Notes: generated by a model not told the origin, from the letters alone. 64,000 nucleotides of DNA from Oculatellaceae cyanobacterium bins.114 (GCA_033764315.1 JANRJA010000023.1:32001-96000), one strand, 5' to 3'; positions 18,277-29,021 are shown, numbered from the stretch's first letter. Made by a program: numbers and translations.

Positions 18277-19818
18277 ATGCTGAATTCTGTCGATTTCAGC
18301 GGGAGACCGTTCCATTTCATTGGTATAGGTGGCATTGGTATGTCGGCTCTCGCGTATGTTTTGGCAAAACGTAATTTGCCGGTATCTGGATCGGACATTT
18401 CCCTCAGTCATATTACACAGCGTTTGCAAGAACAAGGCGCGCATATCTTTTGGAGCCAGGATGCAACTAACCTGGACTTTTTTCAACGGTCGGCTCTGAC
18501 GAATGGAGACGTAGCGCGACCTGGCTCAAATGGCACGGTTGCGGTAAAAACAACCAGTGAATCCTTGAAGCTACGAGAACACACTTTGGATCAGGCAACT
18601 GTGTTGCTCTTGCCTCAGGTTATTTGTTCTACGGCGATTAATGCGGCTAACCCTGAATATCGTGCCGCGCTCGATTTGGGCTGCCCCATCTTTCATCGCT
18701 CAGATTTGTTAGCGGCCCTCATTCAAAACTATTACAGTATTGCGGTTGCAGGAACCCACGGAAAAACCACCACCAGTAGCATGATTGGTTACCTGCTGCT
18801 CAAGGCCGGCCTTGACCCAACCATCGTTGTGGGTGGTGAGGTCAACGCTTGGCAGGGTAACGCTCGTCTGGGTGAAGGTCCCTATCTGGTTGCAGAAGCC
18901 GATGAATCAGATGGGTCATTAGTTAAGTTTGCGGCTGAGGTAGGGATCATCACAAATATTGAGTTAGATCACCCAGACCACTACACCACTTTGGATCAGG
19001 TGATTGAGACCTTTACAACCTTTGCCCAAAACTGTCGCACCCTGATCGGCTGTATTGACTGTGAAACCGTCCGTCAACGCTTTAAGCCGACCATCAGTTA
19101 TAGCCTCCATCTAGAATCTCAAGCGGATTACACAGTGGATGACGTTGTCTATGGAGCAGAAGGAACCACTGCCCAAGTCTGGGAGCGGGGTAAGCCGCTC
19201 GGACGGTTGCATCTAAAGTTGTTGGGTCAGCACAATTTGAGCAATGCGTTAGCGGCGATCGCTGTTGGACGGCTACTGAACCTCAGCTTTCATGCGATCG
19301 CTCCAATTCTCACCACCTTTGAGGGTGCCCGTCGGCGATTTGAGCACCGGGGTGAAGCCAACAACATCTTATTTATTGATGATTATGCTCACCACCCCAG
19401 TGAAATTCAGGCAACCTTAGCAGCGGCTCGCCTTCATGCAGCCTCTAATCAAGCCTCACGGCGAGTGGTGGCGGTGTTTCAGCCCCACCGTTATAGTCGG
19501 ACTAAGACCTTCTTAAATGAGTTTGCTCAGGCATTTGGGAATGCTGATTTGGTGGTGACAACCGACATTTACAGTGCTGGAGAACCAGATTTAGGATTGG
19601 TGAGTGGCCCTCAATTGGCAGAGGCGATCGCCACCTACCACCCACAAGTGATCTATCAACCAACTCTGCTCACAATCACAGACTATCTCAAGCAAGCCTT
19701 GCAACCGGGAGACTTGGTGATGTTTTTAGGGGCAGGCAATCTCAACCGCACTATTCCCGATTTAATTGCTCACTATCAGCAGATTGAGCAAGCCTCTGCA
19801 TCAACTCACTGCAAATAA
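18277..19818 (+). CDS. murC: UDP-N-acetylmuramate--L-alanine ligase
   Basis: [37 protein letters not shown] and FQPHRYSRT. Confidence 0.97.
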   Translation: MLNSVDFSGRPFHFIGIGGIGMSALAYVLAKRNLPVSGSDISLSHITQRLQEQGAHIFWSQDATNLDFFQRSALTNGDVARPGSNGTVAVKTTSESLKLREHTLDQATVLLLPQVICSTAINAANPEYRAALDLGCPIFHRSDLLAALIQNYYSIAVAGTHGKTTTSSMIGYLLLKAGLDPTIVVGGEVNAWQGNARLGEGPYLVAEADESDGSLVKFAAEVGIITNIELDHPDHYTTLDQVIETFTTFAQNCRTLIGCIDCETVRQRFKPTISYSLHLESQADYTVDDVVYGAEGTTAQVWERGKPLGRLHLKLLGQHNLSNALAAIAVGRLLNLSFHAIAPILTTFEGARRRFEHRGEANNILFIDDYAHHPSEIQATLAAARLHAASNQASRRVVAVFQPHRYSRTKTFLNEFAQAFGNADLVVTTDIYSAGEPDLGLVSGPQLAEAIATYHPQVIYQPTLLTITDYLKQALQPGDLVMFLGAGNLNRTIPDLIAHYQQIEQASASTHCK

Positions 19819-19828
19819 TCCGCTATTC

Positions 19829-20809
19829 ATGAGCACCTCCCTACGGTTTAATAGTACTCATCTGACTGATTCCCCGGTGGTTTCAGGACAGCGTTTGCCC
19901 GAACCGATTCGATTGCCTAACACTAATTGCTTGATTAAACCCCAAATCACGCTAGCCCCCTTAACCTCATTTCGAGTGGGGGGTATTGCAGAGTGGTTTG
20001 TAGCACCTCGCACGCTCAACGATTTGCAAATGAGTGTAGCGTGGGCACAAACGCAGGGCTTGGCAATCACTGTGCTAGGGGCAGGCAGCAACTTATTGAT
20101 TAGCGATCGCGGCTTACCAGGACTAGTCATCGGCACCCGACACTTGCGTTATAGCCACTTTGACCCCACAACCGCTCAAATCACAGCTGCCGCTGGAGAA
20201 CCCATTGTGCGATTGGCATGGCAAGCCGCTGAGCGAGGATGGAGCGGTTTAGAATGGGCAGTTGGTATTCCTGGTACCGTTGGGGGTGCCGTTGTGATGA
20301 ATGCCGGGGCTCATGATGGTTGTGCAGCCGATGTGTTGTTGAGCACTCAGGTATTAACCCCACTGGGTGAGGTGCAGATCTTGTCTCAGGCTGACTTGGG
20401 CTATCAATATCGCACCTCAGTTTTGCAGCGCGATCGCCGTCTGGTGCTTGAGGCGACCTTTCAGTTGAAGCCAGGGCTAGATCCACAACAGGTCAACAGC
20501 ACCACAAAAACTTATTTAGAGCGACGTCACACCACTCAACCCTACCATTTGCCCAGTTGTGGCAGTGTCTTTCGCAACCCCAACCCCTACAAAGCAGGTC
20601 AATTGATTGAGCAGGCAGGGCTAAAAGGGTACCAAATTGGCGGGGCACAGGTGTCAGAGATGCATGCCAACTTCATTGTGAATGTTGGTGGGGCGACTGC
20701 GAGTGATATCTTCCAACTGATTCGCTATGTGCAAGCGCAGATCTGGGAGCGATGGGCAATCGATCTGGAGCCAGAGGTGAAGATGTTGGGTGAGTTTGTG
20801 GATGATTAA
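19829..20809 (+). CDS. murB: UDP-N-acetylenolpyruvoylglucosamine reductase
   Basis: [33 protein letters not shown] and HANFIVN; likely start is ATG 19829. Confidence 0.96.
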   Translation: MSTSLRFNSTHLTDSPVVSGQRLPEPIRLPNTNCLIKPQITLAPLTSFRVGGIAEWFVAPRTLNDLQMSVAWAQTQGLAITVLGAGSNLLISDRGLPGLVIGTRHLRYSHFDPTTAQITAAAGEPIVRLAWQAAERGWSGLEWAVGIPGTVGGAVVMNAGAHDGCAADVLLSTQVLTPLGEVQILSQADLGYQYRTSVLQRDRRLVLEATFQLKPGLDPQQVNSTTKTYLERRHTTQPYHLPSCGSVFRNPNPYKAGQLIEQAGLKGYQIGGAQVSEMHANFIVNVGGATASDIFQLIRYVQAQIWERWAIDLEPEVKMLGEFVDD

Positions 20810-20940
20810 CGGGGTTCACGGAAGAATCGCAAAGCATCCCATAATCACCTTTGTCAAAACGTTTTGCAAAACACCCCTATCCCCTCGTGCTTAGAAATTT
20901 GGATGACCCAGGGTGCTAGTTCACGACCCCTGGAAAAGCA

Positions 20941-20976
20941 TGCTATATTGGTTTTAGTTAAATAGTTATTTAACTA
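20941..20976 (+). promoter_or_regulatory. Extended -10 element followed by a 10-2-10 inverted repeat (candidate operator) upstream of thioredoxin
   Basis: TGCTATATT at 20941-20949, then TAGTTAAATA-GT-TATTTAACTA at 20955-20976. Confidence 0.55.
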
Positions 20977-21118
20977 CTTGACTCTGGTTAAGCCAGAAAT
21001 GTCACCTTGCAAAGAAAACTCGCGATCGCCCATCCCCTCATTCTGAGCGATCGCCATTGTTGCTCTTGATTGTTGATCTTGACTCATTTGCAAACATTGC
21101 AGCCCAAGGAGCTTGTTT

Positions 21119-21484
21119 ATGTCTAATTTGACAGTACCCCTGACCCTTACAGAGGCTAATTTTGCCACAACAGTGTTAGCTAATCCGACGCTCACTTTGG
21201 TTGATTTTTGGGCACCTTGGTGTGGGCCTTGCCGCATGGTTAGCCCTATTATTCAAGAGCTAGCCACTGATTTTGCTGAACAAGTGACTGTCGCCAAACT
21301 CAACACTGACAACTATCCTCAATTGGCAACTCAATACAATATTCAAGCTATTCCCACGTTGCTGTTTTTCCAAAATGGGCACGTTGTGGATCAGGTAGTT
21401 GGCGTAGCGTCTAAAAAGACGCTTGCTGCAAAAATCAATGCTTTGCTCACTCAGGAAAACCTAACTTCTCATCAAGCCGCTTAA
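21119..21484 (+). CDS. trxA: Thioredoxin
   Basis: VDFWAPWCGPCR active site, IPTL cis-Pro loop and an AGGAG RBS. Confidence 0.93.
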   Translation: MSNLTVPLTLTEANFATTVLANPTLTLVDFWAPWCGPCRMVSPIIQELATDFAEQVTVAKLNTDNYPQLATQYNIQAIPTLLFFQNGHVVDQVVGVASKKTLAAKINALLTQENLTSHQAA

Positions 21485-21490
21485 TTGGAT

Positions 21491-21554
21491 GTAGGTTGGG
21501 TTGAGCATGAAACGCAATGTCCATATGGGTTGCGCGATCGCCAACCCATCCTAC
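21491..21554. repeat. REP-like palindrome GTAGGTTGGGTTG...CAACCCATCCTAC
   Basis: GTAG-initiated imperfect inverted repeat between convergent genes. Confidence 0.7.
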
Positions 21555-21662
21555 AAATAATGGTGCCTAATTCCTGAACGGCACTTTCCGTGAACTCAGA
21601 GAGATTGGGAGAGGTGCGGTTTATCGTGTGACTCTGCCGCTAGAATACACATCACACCTGGG

Positions 21663-22988
21663 TTAAGGTTCGATCAAGACGTAGAGAAATACTTCTAATT
21701 GAGTCAATAATTGGGTGACATCTTGCAAAGCTGTGTCCCATAAAGTTGGTTCTAATGTAATCGGATGAACAGGTCTAATGTTTAACCACCGATTGACTAA
21801 CGTACTCACCGATTGAGCACCTTCCCACAGGGGTAATAAACAGGCCGCCAAACTATCGTTGATCACAACTGAACCAACCGCAGGCATTGAGAGATGTTGA
21901 CTGACATCAAAAGTTGTTTGATGAGCAATACAATCTTCTAAACACGCTTTGATGTGGGGTGAATTCAATTGTGGATGAAGAGTGACGATCGCCTCTTTCC
22001 ATGTTGTTTCTTGCCACTGAGCTACTGGCAAAATCGATGGAATATCTTCTGGATGACCACACCAAAAATCGAGCAATCGATGAATCGGCTGCAATAATTC
22101 AAACAAATGTAATCGGTCTTGAATACTGATTTCAGGGAAGCTCATCTCCCAAAAAATGGGCAAGTTTTCTGGCTCTTTAAACAGATCCATCAACTCCCAA
22201 TGCCGCCAATTTACCATGCTGATAAACTCTAAATCGGCTTGCTCTAAGGCATGAAACATATCGGGAATAGTGTATCCAGTATCGCCCTGAAATAAATAAT
22301 TCATCAGCAATGCCTGCCGACCCTCTGCTTCTTCATAAATCGGCGTCCAGGTGCGCGACTTGAGATTTACCTGATCTTTGAGTGCTTTCATCGTATCGAT
22401 CGCAATCTCCATTTCTAGCTCTTGTGGATTGTGATCAAATAGCCCCATTAATTGAAAGACTTTTTGAGCCCGATAGAGATCGGCTCGTTGCAGTGCGCTA
22501 TGCAAATTAGCGCGAATAATTCCTTTAGGTTTGAGCACACTGCTAAATATTTTTAGACCAATCGCTGGGTCTGGAAATAAGTAGAGAACCTCATCGCAAT
22601 TGATGTAATCAAATTGCAAATTTAATTGATAGACATCCTGAATTTTCATCACATGAAATTCAGCCCGATTAATGCCGTGATAACGCAACCGCTGTTCTGC
22701 TAATTGAATCGATTCTTCTGATAAATCGATGCCAATAATTCTGGCATTGGGGTTTGCTTCTGCGAGCACCAACGACTTATATCCTGTGCCACATCCTGCA
22801 TCTAAAATCACCACTTCTTGATCGGCAACAAGTTTTTGTTCCCGTAAATAAAAAGGAGTGATCCAATTATGGATAAACAGATCATTGAGATCCTCTTTGG
22901 GAGATTTTTCAAGAGGCACTCTAGGATAAGGACCGAAGTTAAATTGCTGACGAATTTTATCGAACAGCTCAGATGTCAGATTCTCCAT
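21663..22988 (-). CDS. Class I SAM-dependent methyltransferase
   Basis: ILDAGCGTG, IGIDLS, FDYINCDEVLY and LKPKG motifs. Confidence 0.88.
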   Translation of the reverse strand: MENLTSELFDKIRQQFNFGPYPRVPLEKSPKEDLNDLFIHNWITPFYLREQKLVADQEVVILDAGCGTGYKSLVLAEANPNARIIGIDLSEESIQLAEQRLRYHGINRAEFHVMKIQDVYQLNLQFDYINCDEVLYLFPDPAIGLKIFSSVLKPKGIIRANLHSALQRADLYRAQKVFQLMGLFDHNPQELEMEIAIDTMKALKDQVNLKSRTWTPIYEEAEGRQALLMNYLFQGDTGYTIPDMFHALEQADLEFISMVNWRHWELMDLFKEPENLPIFWEMSFPEISIQDRLHLFELLQPIHRLLDFWCGHPEDIPSILPVAQWQETTWKEAIVTLHPQLNSPHIKACLEDCIAHQTTFDVSQHLSMPAVGSVVINDSLAACLLPLWEGAQSVSTLVNRWLNIRPVHPITLEPTLWDTALQDVTQLLTQLEVFLYVLIEP

Positions 22989-23042
22989 ACCACTCAAAGG
23001 TTAAGAAATGTATCCTAGATGAGGACGCTAAGGGATTGGACA

Positions 23043-24575
23043 ATGGTGGCAGCTCCGCGAATTCTCATTTGGTATCGCAATGACTTGCGAATCCACGATC
23101 ACGAACCGCTGCATCGAGCTTTGCAGCATACGCCTCGTGCTTTAGACATTGTTCCGGTCTATTGTTTTGATCCTAGACAATTTGGCACAACATCCTATGG
23201 GTTTCCGAAAACGGGTGCATTTCGGGCTCAGTTTTTACGAGAGAGTGTGGCAGATTTGCGGCGATCGCTGCGATCGCTTGGCTCTGATCTCTTAATCCGG
23301 CAGGGGTTGCCAGAAGTAGTGTTACCCGAAATCGCTAAGACTTTGAGTATCACAACTGTGTATTGTCATCATGAGGTGACTTCTGAAGAGAGTGCAGTCG
23401 AGACGGCACTTCAGACGGCACTGGAGGCATTAGGCATCAGACTCCAACAGATGTGGGGTCATACGCTCTATCACCCGGATGATTTACCCTTTGATCTTGC
23501 CCATATTCCAGAGGTGTTCACCAATTTCCGGAAACAGGTAGAGAAAGAGTCTACTGTGACCCCTACTTTTTCCACGCCGGAACGGTTGCCTGCTTTCCCT
23601 GACCTTGAACCGGGTGAGCTGCCTGACCTGGCAGATTTGGGGCTAGAACCCCCCTGTTTTGACCCACGGGCGGTGATGCGCTTTGTAGGAGGGGAAACAA
23701 CGGGCTTGGCACGACTCAATGCTTATATTTGGGAGCGCGATCGCCTCCGCATCTATAAGGAGACTCGTAACGGCCTGTTGGGCGAAGATTATTCCTCTAA
23801 GTTTTCCCCCTGGTTGGCGTTGGGCTGTCTATCTCCTCGGTTTATTTACGAACAAGTCCAGAACTATGAACTTCAGCGGATTCGGAATGACTCAACGTAT
23901 TGGCTCATCTTTGAATTACTTTGGCGAGATTATTTTAGATTGATCTGTGCTAAGCATGGCGATCGCATTTTTCGCAAATCAGGGTTACAGGGTGTAGCGA
24001 TCGCCTGGAAAGAAGACTGGGATCGCTTTGCTGTATGGCAGGCAGGCATGACCGGATTTCCTCTGGTTGATGCTAATATGCGCGAACTGGCCGCTACTGG
24101 ATTTATGTCAAATCGCGGGCGGCAAAATGTCGCTAGTTTTCTAACCAAAAACCTGGGGATCAACTGGCAAATCGGCGCAGAATGGTTTGAGTCGCTCTTG
24201 ATCGACTATGACGTGTGTAGCAATTGGGGCAACTGGAACTACACCGCAGGAGTCGGTAATGATGCTCGTGGGTTTCGCTTCTTTAACATCTTGAAGCAAT
24301 CTAAAGACTACGACCCTCAAGGAGAGTATGTGAAACACTGGTTGCCCGAACTCGTAGATGTGCCTGCTAGTAAAGTCCATCAACCTTGGACACTGTTGCC
24401 CGTTGAACAGCAACGATTTGGAGTCAGACTGGGAGTAGACTACCCCAATCCTGTGGTGGATTTATTTAAGTCTGCTGAAGAGAATGAGAGAATCTATAAT
24501 GCTGCGTTTGCCCAACCTCTAACCCGCAGTTCCAGTGGGAAGAGGATGAAATCGAAGGGCAGAGCTAGAGTATGA
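23043..24575 (+). CDS. Cryptochrome DASH
   Basis: WYRNDLRIHD, YKETRNG, SKFSPWLA, ELLWRDYF, MSNRGRQNVASFL and DYDVCSNWGNW. Confidence 0.93.
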   Translation: MVAAPRILIWYRNDLRIHDHEPLHRALQHTPRALDIVPVYCFDPRQFGTTSYGFPKTGAFRAQFLRESVADLRRSLRSLGSDLLIRQGLPEVVLPEIAKTLSITTVYCHHEVTSEESAVETALQTALEALGIRLQQMWGHTLYHPDDLPFDLAHIPEVFTNFRKQVEKESTVTPTFSTPERLPAFPDLEPGELPDLADLGLEPPCFDPRAVMRFVGGETTGLARLNAYIWERDRLRIYKETRNGLLGEDYSSKFSPWLALGCLSPRFIYEQVQNYELQRIRNDSTYWLIFELLWRDYFRLICAKHGDRIFRKSGLQGVAIAWKEDWDRFAVWQAGMTGFPLVDANMRELAATGFMSNRGRQNVASFLTKNLGINWQIGAEWFESLLIDYDVCSNWGNWNYTAGVGNDARGFRFFNILKQSKDYDPQGEYVKHWLPELVDVPASKVHQPWTLLPVEQQRFGVRLGVDYPNPVVDLFKSAEENERIYNAAFAQPLTRSSSGKRMKSKGRARV

Positions 24576-24624
24576 GGACGGTTCTCGTTGCCCCAACTCT
24601 CTCACAGCAGCCTTTGAAAGGATT

Positions 24625-25773
24625 TTGACTTTGCTAAACCTATCTGATCGCTCGATTAAAAAACTAGTTCAGTGGCTCATTATTGCTGTACTGTTTCCGT
24701 TGGTCTTTCTCGATGGCTGGCTGGCACTCAAGGGGTTGCAATACTTTCAACCGTTGATCACGGTTTTTGTGTTGGCCTCTTTGCTGGCATTGCTGCTGAA
24801 CTACCCTGTGCAGTTTCTGCAAAGAAGAGGGATTAAACGTGGTCAGGCCGTTGCGTTGATTTTGCTCGTTACGCTCTTGGTCGTGGTTATTTTAGGGATT
24901 ACTCTGATTCCCCTACTGTTAGAAGATTTGGGAGAGCTGGGGCAGCTTGTGCCTCAGTGGTTAGAGTCGGGCAACCAGCAATTGCAATTGTTTCAAGATT
25001 GGCTGGCCAGTCAAAACTTGCCTGTGCGTTTGGGGTTGGTGGTGAATCAGGTTGTCAATAGCCTACCGAATGAATTGCAAGAGCTGGCCGATCAAGTGGT
25101 GACGCTGACCTTAGAAACGGTGGGTGGGCTGTCAGAGCTGTTGTTAACCGTTGTTTTGACGTTTTATCTGCTGGCCGATGGCGATCGCCTGATCCAGGAA
25201 CTGTTTCGTCGCTTGCCAGAGCCATTGAGTAGCCGAGTGCGAGAGTCATTACGCCAAAACTTTCAAAACTATTTCATTGGTCAGGCTGCTTTAGGTTTGA
25301 TCGTGAGTGTGTTTATGACGATCGCCTTTGCAGTGTTGCAAATTCCCTATGCATTGTTGTTTGGGTTTGGCATTGGGGTCATGGCACTGATTCCTTTTGG
25401 GGATGTTGTGACCTGTGCCATTATTAGTGTGCTGTTAGGCTTCCAAGATTTTTGGTTGGGGATCAAGGTAATCACGATCGCCCTTGTGGTCGATCAAATT
25501 ATTGATCAGATCATTGCTCCACGATTATTAGGTCGCTTTACAGGGTTACGCCCCATCTGGGTGCTGGTGTCGCTGCTCATTGGGGCAAAAATTGGTGGTC
25601 TGCTGGGGTTGGTGATTGCTGTGCCCTTTGCCAGTTCTATTAAGAGTGCACTGGGCGGATTTGAGGTACCTGGCTTGAATCATTCTGATGAGCCGACTGC
25701 CGCAGACCCAACTGAAGCTTTCAGCGATCGCCCTAATTCAGATCAGGAACCGTTGGTTAAAGAGGTATCTTGA
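24625..25773 (+). CDS. AI-2E family transporter
   Basis: Multi-TM protein with LLNYPV, IIAPRLLG and GLVIAVP. Confidence 0.88.
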   Translation: MTLLNLSDRSIKKLVQWLIIAVLFPLVFLDGWLALKGLQYFQPLITVFVLASLLALLLNYPVQFLQRRGIKRGQAVALILLVTLLVVVILGITLIPLLLEDLGELGQLVPQWLESGNQQLQLFQDWLASQNLPVRLGLVVNQVVNSLPNELQELADQVVTLTLETVGGLSELLLTVVLTFYLLADGDRLIQELFRRLPEPLSSRVRESLRQNFQNYFIGQAALGLIVSVFMTIAFAVLQIPYALLFGFGIGVMALIPFGDVVTCAIISVLLGFQDFWLGIKVITIALVVDQIIDQIIAPRLLGRFTGLRPIWVLVSLLIGAKIGGLLGLVIAVPFASSIKSALGGFEVPGLNHSDEPTAADPTEAFSDRPNSDQEPLVKEVS

Positions 25774-25779
25774 CTGAGA

Positions 25780-26439
25780 TTATTCTTGTTCTTGAGGTTT
25801 GATAGGGTCAATCACAATTGCCTCAATCCCTTTGCCTCGACGCTCTAACCACAGTGGAATGGCGATCGCTGTCGCAATGATGAGCAAGGTGACTACCCCA
25901 AATTGAGCAACCCCTTGAATCAACACTTCTAGGGGCACAATTTGACCGACAAAATAAGACAGGCTCACCATCGCAGACGCCCATATCGCTGCGCCTGCCA
26001 GGTTCCACAAAAAGAATTTTGGGTAAGGCATTTTGGCAATGCCTGCCAAGGGACCCGCAAAAATTCGTAATAGAGCAACGAATCGCCCCAAAAACACCGC
26101 CTTTGCAGCATTTTGGCTAAATTGCTCTCTGACCTCAATGAGTTTCTCTTCACGAATTTTAAAGAGCTGACCGACTCGACTCAAGAGCGACCAACCGCCA
26201 TAAAAGCCAACCCAATAGCCAATGTTATCGCCAATGACGGCTCCTGCTGTTGCGCTACCTAAAACGAACCAGTAATTTAACTCATCGCTACCGGCTAAAA
26301 AACCACCCACCAACGTAATGGTTTCGCCGGGGATAGGCACTCCTGCATTTTCTAGCAAAATACCTACAAAGACGGCTCCATAGCCATAATGATGGGCTAG
26401 TTCCTGGAGTGTTTCCAGTGAGATCAGCTCAAGGGACAT
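25780..26439 (-). CDS. DedA family membrane protein
   Basis: LENAGVPIPGE, GDNIGYW, GRFVALLR and PLAG motifs. Confidence 0.92.
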   Translation of the reverse strand: MSLELISLETLQELAHHYGYGAVFVGILLENAGVPIPGETITLVGGFLAGSDELNYWFVLGSATAGAVIGDNIGYWVGFYGGWSLLSRVGQLFKIREEKLIEVREQFSQNAAKAVFLGRFVALLRIFAGPLAGIAKMPYPKFFLWNLAGAAIWASAMVSLSYFVGQIVPLEVLIQGVAQFGVVTLLIIATAIAIPLWLERRGKGIEAIVIDPIKPQEQE

Positions 26440-26630
26440 GCAAGGTAGCCTTCACAAACGTTAATACAACTCTCACTTTGATGATGACGCAGTTTCAGGA
26501 GTCATGTCAAATCAAAAGCGGTTGCCAAGCTCCAACCTATCGTAATTAGGAGTTGATTAAGACGGGATGCAGGAGTTCCACTTCCTTTAGCAAAACTGTC
26601 AAGACAGTTGCTATCGTTGCACATCGCGTC

Positions 26631-26671
26631 CTGATTGACTGACAAAAATGATCAAACCCTTAATATTCCGT
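26631..26671. mobile_element. Truncated solo end of the MITE at 12808-12999
   Basis: ctgattgactgacaaaaatgatcaaacccttaatattccgt closely matches the reverse complement of 12959-12999. Confidence 0.7.
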
Positions 26672-26684
26672 CATTTTGCGTTTT

Positions 26685-27431
26685 CTATTCCTTACTGTTT
26701 GCGTCCTGCTCTTGCCAGATGCGATGGGGTACTGCACCTGGTATTGCCAGGTCTTGAAGGGGTTGCCCGCTAATGCAGTGCCAGTGGCAGGTAAAGAGAT
26801 TAGGAATTTGGACTCCAATACTGGCGATCGCTGGAGCCGCCGGAAAGGGAAAGAGGCGATCAAAGCAGATCTGATCCTCCTGAATGCTAAATTGCATGAG
26901 ATAAACGGATGGAGGAGCTTGGTGCGATCGCAAGAGTTGTCCTCCTAGCCGATAAAGCGGTTGTCGTAGGCGATCGCTAAGGTGCAGGGGTTGGTAGTAG
27001 GAAACCTCTATAGAGTCTGTCTGAACCGCAGACGTCTCTAACTCAGACCCAATGACCTCACCATATAACGGTCCCTTTGTGGTCAGAGCAATGGGCAACC
27101 ATAGATCGCCTTCACCAGTCAACCCCCCAAATTCACGCCTAACCCACAGGCGTAACCCTTGAACATCCTGGCAAATTTGATAAATGGCTTGTCCGGCAAA
27201 CTCTAATGCTTTTGGTATGTGAAGCGTCAATGGGCAAACAAGAGTATCTCTGCCTCTAGCAGAAAAACGCTGTGGTGAAGTCAGATAAACAACATAATCG
27301 CCTAAACCCAATGTCACATCAACGGCGATCGCCTGTTGCAAGGCATTCACCATCACTCCTTGCTCAACGGAACAAGGTACACAGCGACTACCCTGATGCT
27401 CAACATCAGCGAGGATGTAAACGTCAGTCAC
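26685..27431 (-). CDS. Conserved hypothetical cyanobacterial protein (possible degenerate ATP-grasp fold)
   Basis: GTG start 10 bp after the upstream stop; motifs KGPLYGEVIG, FDRLFPFPAAPAIAS and LFTCHW...GQPL. Confidence 0.7.
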   Translation of the reverse strand: MTDVYILADVEHQGSRCVPCSVEQGVMVNALQQAIAVDVTLGLGDYVVYLTSPQRFSARGRDTLVCPLTLHIPKALEFAGQAIYQICQDVQGLRLWVRREFGGLTGEGDLWLPIALTTKGPLYGEVIGSELETSAVQTDSIEVSYYQPLHLSDRLRQPLYRLGGQLLRSHQAPPSVYLMQFSIQEDQICFDRLFPFPAAPAIASIGVQIPNLFTCHWHCISGQPLQDLAIPGAVPHRIWQEQDANSKE

Positions 27432-27441
27432 CTAAGCTGCC

Positions 27442-28005
27442 TTAAGCGTTGCCAAAGGTCGGAATTTGAGCACCAGTACCACCTTGAGAAAAAGAAGGCA
27501 GATCAACTTGAGTGGTGCGACGGTTACGGACTGCCAGACGATAGCTAACACTCTGCAACTCAGCATGAAGTTGACGATTTTCGCGTTGCAACCGAGCAAT
27601 TTTTTCTTTGATCGGTGCCATGCGCTCAGCAAACTTTTCACGGTAGATGTGAGGCAACTCTTGAACAACCTGCTCTAGCATGCGGGAGCGGTCAGTCAGT
27701 TCTTTGACCGATTGGCGCAATTGATAAACTTCAGTATCACGTGAAGCAATTTGTTCTTGATAAAACATAACTTGCTGCTCTACCCCTTGTAACTGCTCAC
27801 GCAGGGCACGCATCTCCGCCATGTGGCGTTCAGAAATTTCGGGAGCAGGCATAAAACCTGCATTCCCCTTAACTAGACGAAATAGCTCTTGGGATAGCTG
27901 CTGCACAAGTTGATCCCGCATTTGCAATTCATCTTGCAAGCGAGCCACCTCGACAGGTAAGTCAGAAGGGTTTAGGGATAAGGATTGGGTTACGCTCTGA
28001 GTCAC
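27442..28005 (-). CDS. Coiled-coil protein, Npun_F5560-like family
   Basis: RDQLVQQLSQELFRLVKGN and LHAELQSVSYRLA; the GTG start (28003-28005) overlaps the upstream TGA. Confidence 0.75.
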   Translation of the reverse strand: MTQSVTQSLSLNPSDLPVEVARLQDELQMRDQLVQQLSQELFRLVKGNAGFMPAPEISERHMAEMRALREQLQGVEQQVMFYQEQIASRDTEVYQLRQSVKELTDRSRMLEQVVQELPHIYREKFAERMAPIKEKIARLQRENRQLHAELQSVSYRLAVRNRRTTQVDLPSFSQGGTGAQIPTFGNA

Positions 28006-29021
28006 GATATGGCTCCAATAGGCTCGATGGTGGGTTGTGTTAAATGTTCTTCCCAGCGACGGGGGGTAGCGGTGCGACGAATGTCTCGCCAAATGGTTGT
28101 TGCAGCTAATGTACCATCTGCAACGGCAATTGACACCTGATTGATACCTTCTTTTAAGTCACCCACCGCAAAAATTCGAGAATGGGAGGTGCGGCACATA
28201 GAATCAGTGACTAAATTTTCCCCTTTCCACTGCAAATCTAGACCCTTGAGATAGCCGTTGTGGTAGTGCGAACCCATTGCCACAAGCCCCGTTTCAAGCT
28301 CAACACTAGAGCCATCCTCTAGCTCTACCCCATTCATCTCATGGTGTTCTCCTAAGAACCGCTTAATGGGAGTTTCGACCAAAGGAAAGCCAAATTCCTT
28401 TAACTTTTGTCGCATCTCATCTCCAACAGAGCACAGACCGTGAGTAAAAACGGTGATGTAGGGGGTAAACCAATTGAGTACAAAGGCGGTGTTAATAGCA
28501 TTTTCAGAGCCGACAAACAGCCCACACTTTTTATCTGCCATCTCGTAACCATCACAAATCATACAAACATGCAGGTTATAGCCTGCATAATCGTAGACAT
28601 TCTGCATATCTGGCAACTTAGGCAGTTGATCAATGATGCCGCTGGCAGCAATGACATATTTAGAGCGAAAGACTGGATAGGTACTGTCAACTTTGCCGAT
28701 TTTGACTTTAACGGCAAACGTATCGCCTTCATCTTGAACGTCTTCGACGAAGCCCCGCAGGTAGTCCCCTCCCAGATCGAGCATGTGCTCTGTACCTTGA
28801 TTTAGAATCTCTCTGCCTGGAGTTTCGGGTGATAATCCCAAATAATTCCGCAAATCTTGCATCCAAAAGGAGCGACCCCGACCCTTCTCAATCACGAGGC
28901 AGGATAGGCGATATCGCTGGAGATAGACGGCAGCCGACAATCCTCCAGCACCCCCTCCAACGATAATGACATCGTAGAGGTGGTCGAGGCGTTGATCCAG
29001 GTTTTTCTTGGAGAGTTTCAT
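28002..29021 (-). CDS. FAD-dependent thioredoxin-reductase-like disulfide oxidoreductase
   Basis: DVIIVGGGAGG, CMICDG and IFAVGD motifs; lacks the canonical NADPH-binding motifs. Confidence 0.88.
   Translation of the reverse strand: MKLSKKNLDQRLDHLYDVIIVGGGAGGLSAAVYLQRYRLSCLVIEKGRGRSFWMQDLRNYLGLSPETPGREILNQGTEHMLDLGGDYLRGFVEDVQDEGDTFAVKVKIGKVDSTYPVFRSKYVIAASGIIDQLPKLPDMQNVYDYAGYNLHVCMICDGYEMADKKCGLFVGSENAINTAFVLNWFTPYITVFTHGLCSVGDEMRQKLKEFGFPLVETPIKRFLGEHHEMNGVELEDGSSVELETGLVAMGSHYHNGYLKGLDLQWKGENLVTDSMCRTSHSRIFAVGDLKEGINQVSIAVADGTLAATTIWRDIRRTATPRRWEEHLTQPTIEPIGAIS

Noticed and set aside
18480-18610. About 40-aa insertion in MurC
   Set aside because: A variable loop at this position is common in cyanobacterial MurC, and there is no intein or repeat signature.
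20830-20940. AT-rich structured region resembling a CRISPR leader
   Set aside because: No repeat-spacer array or cas gene follows.
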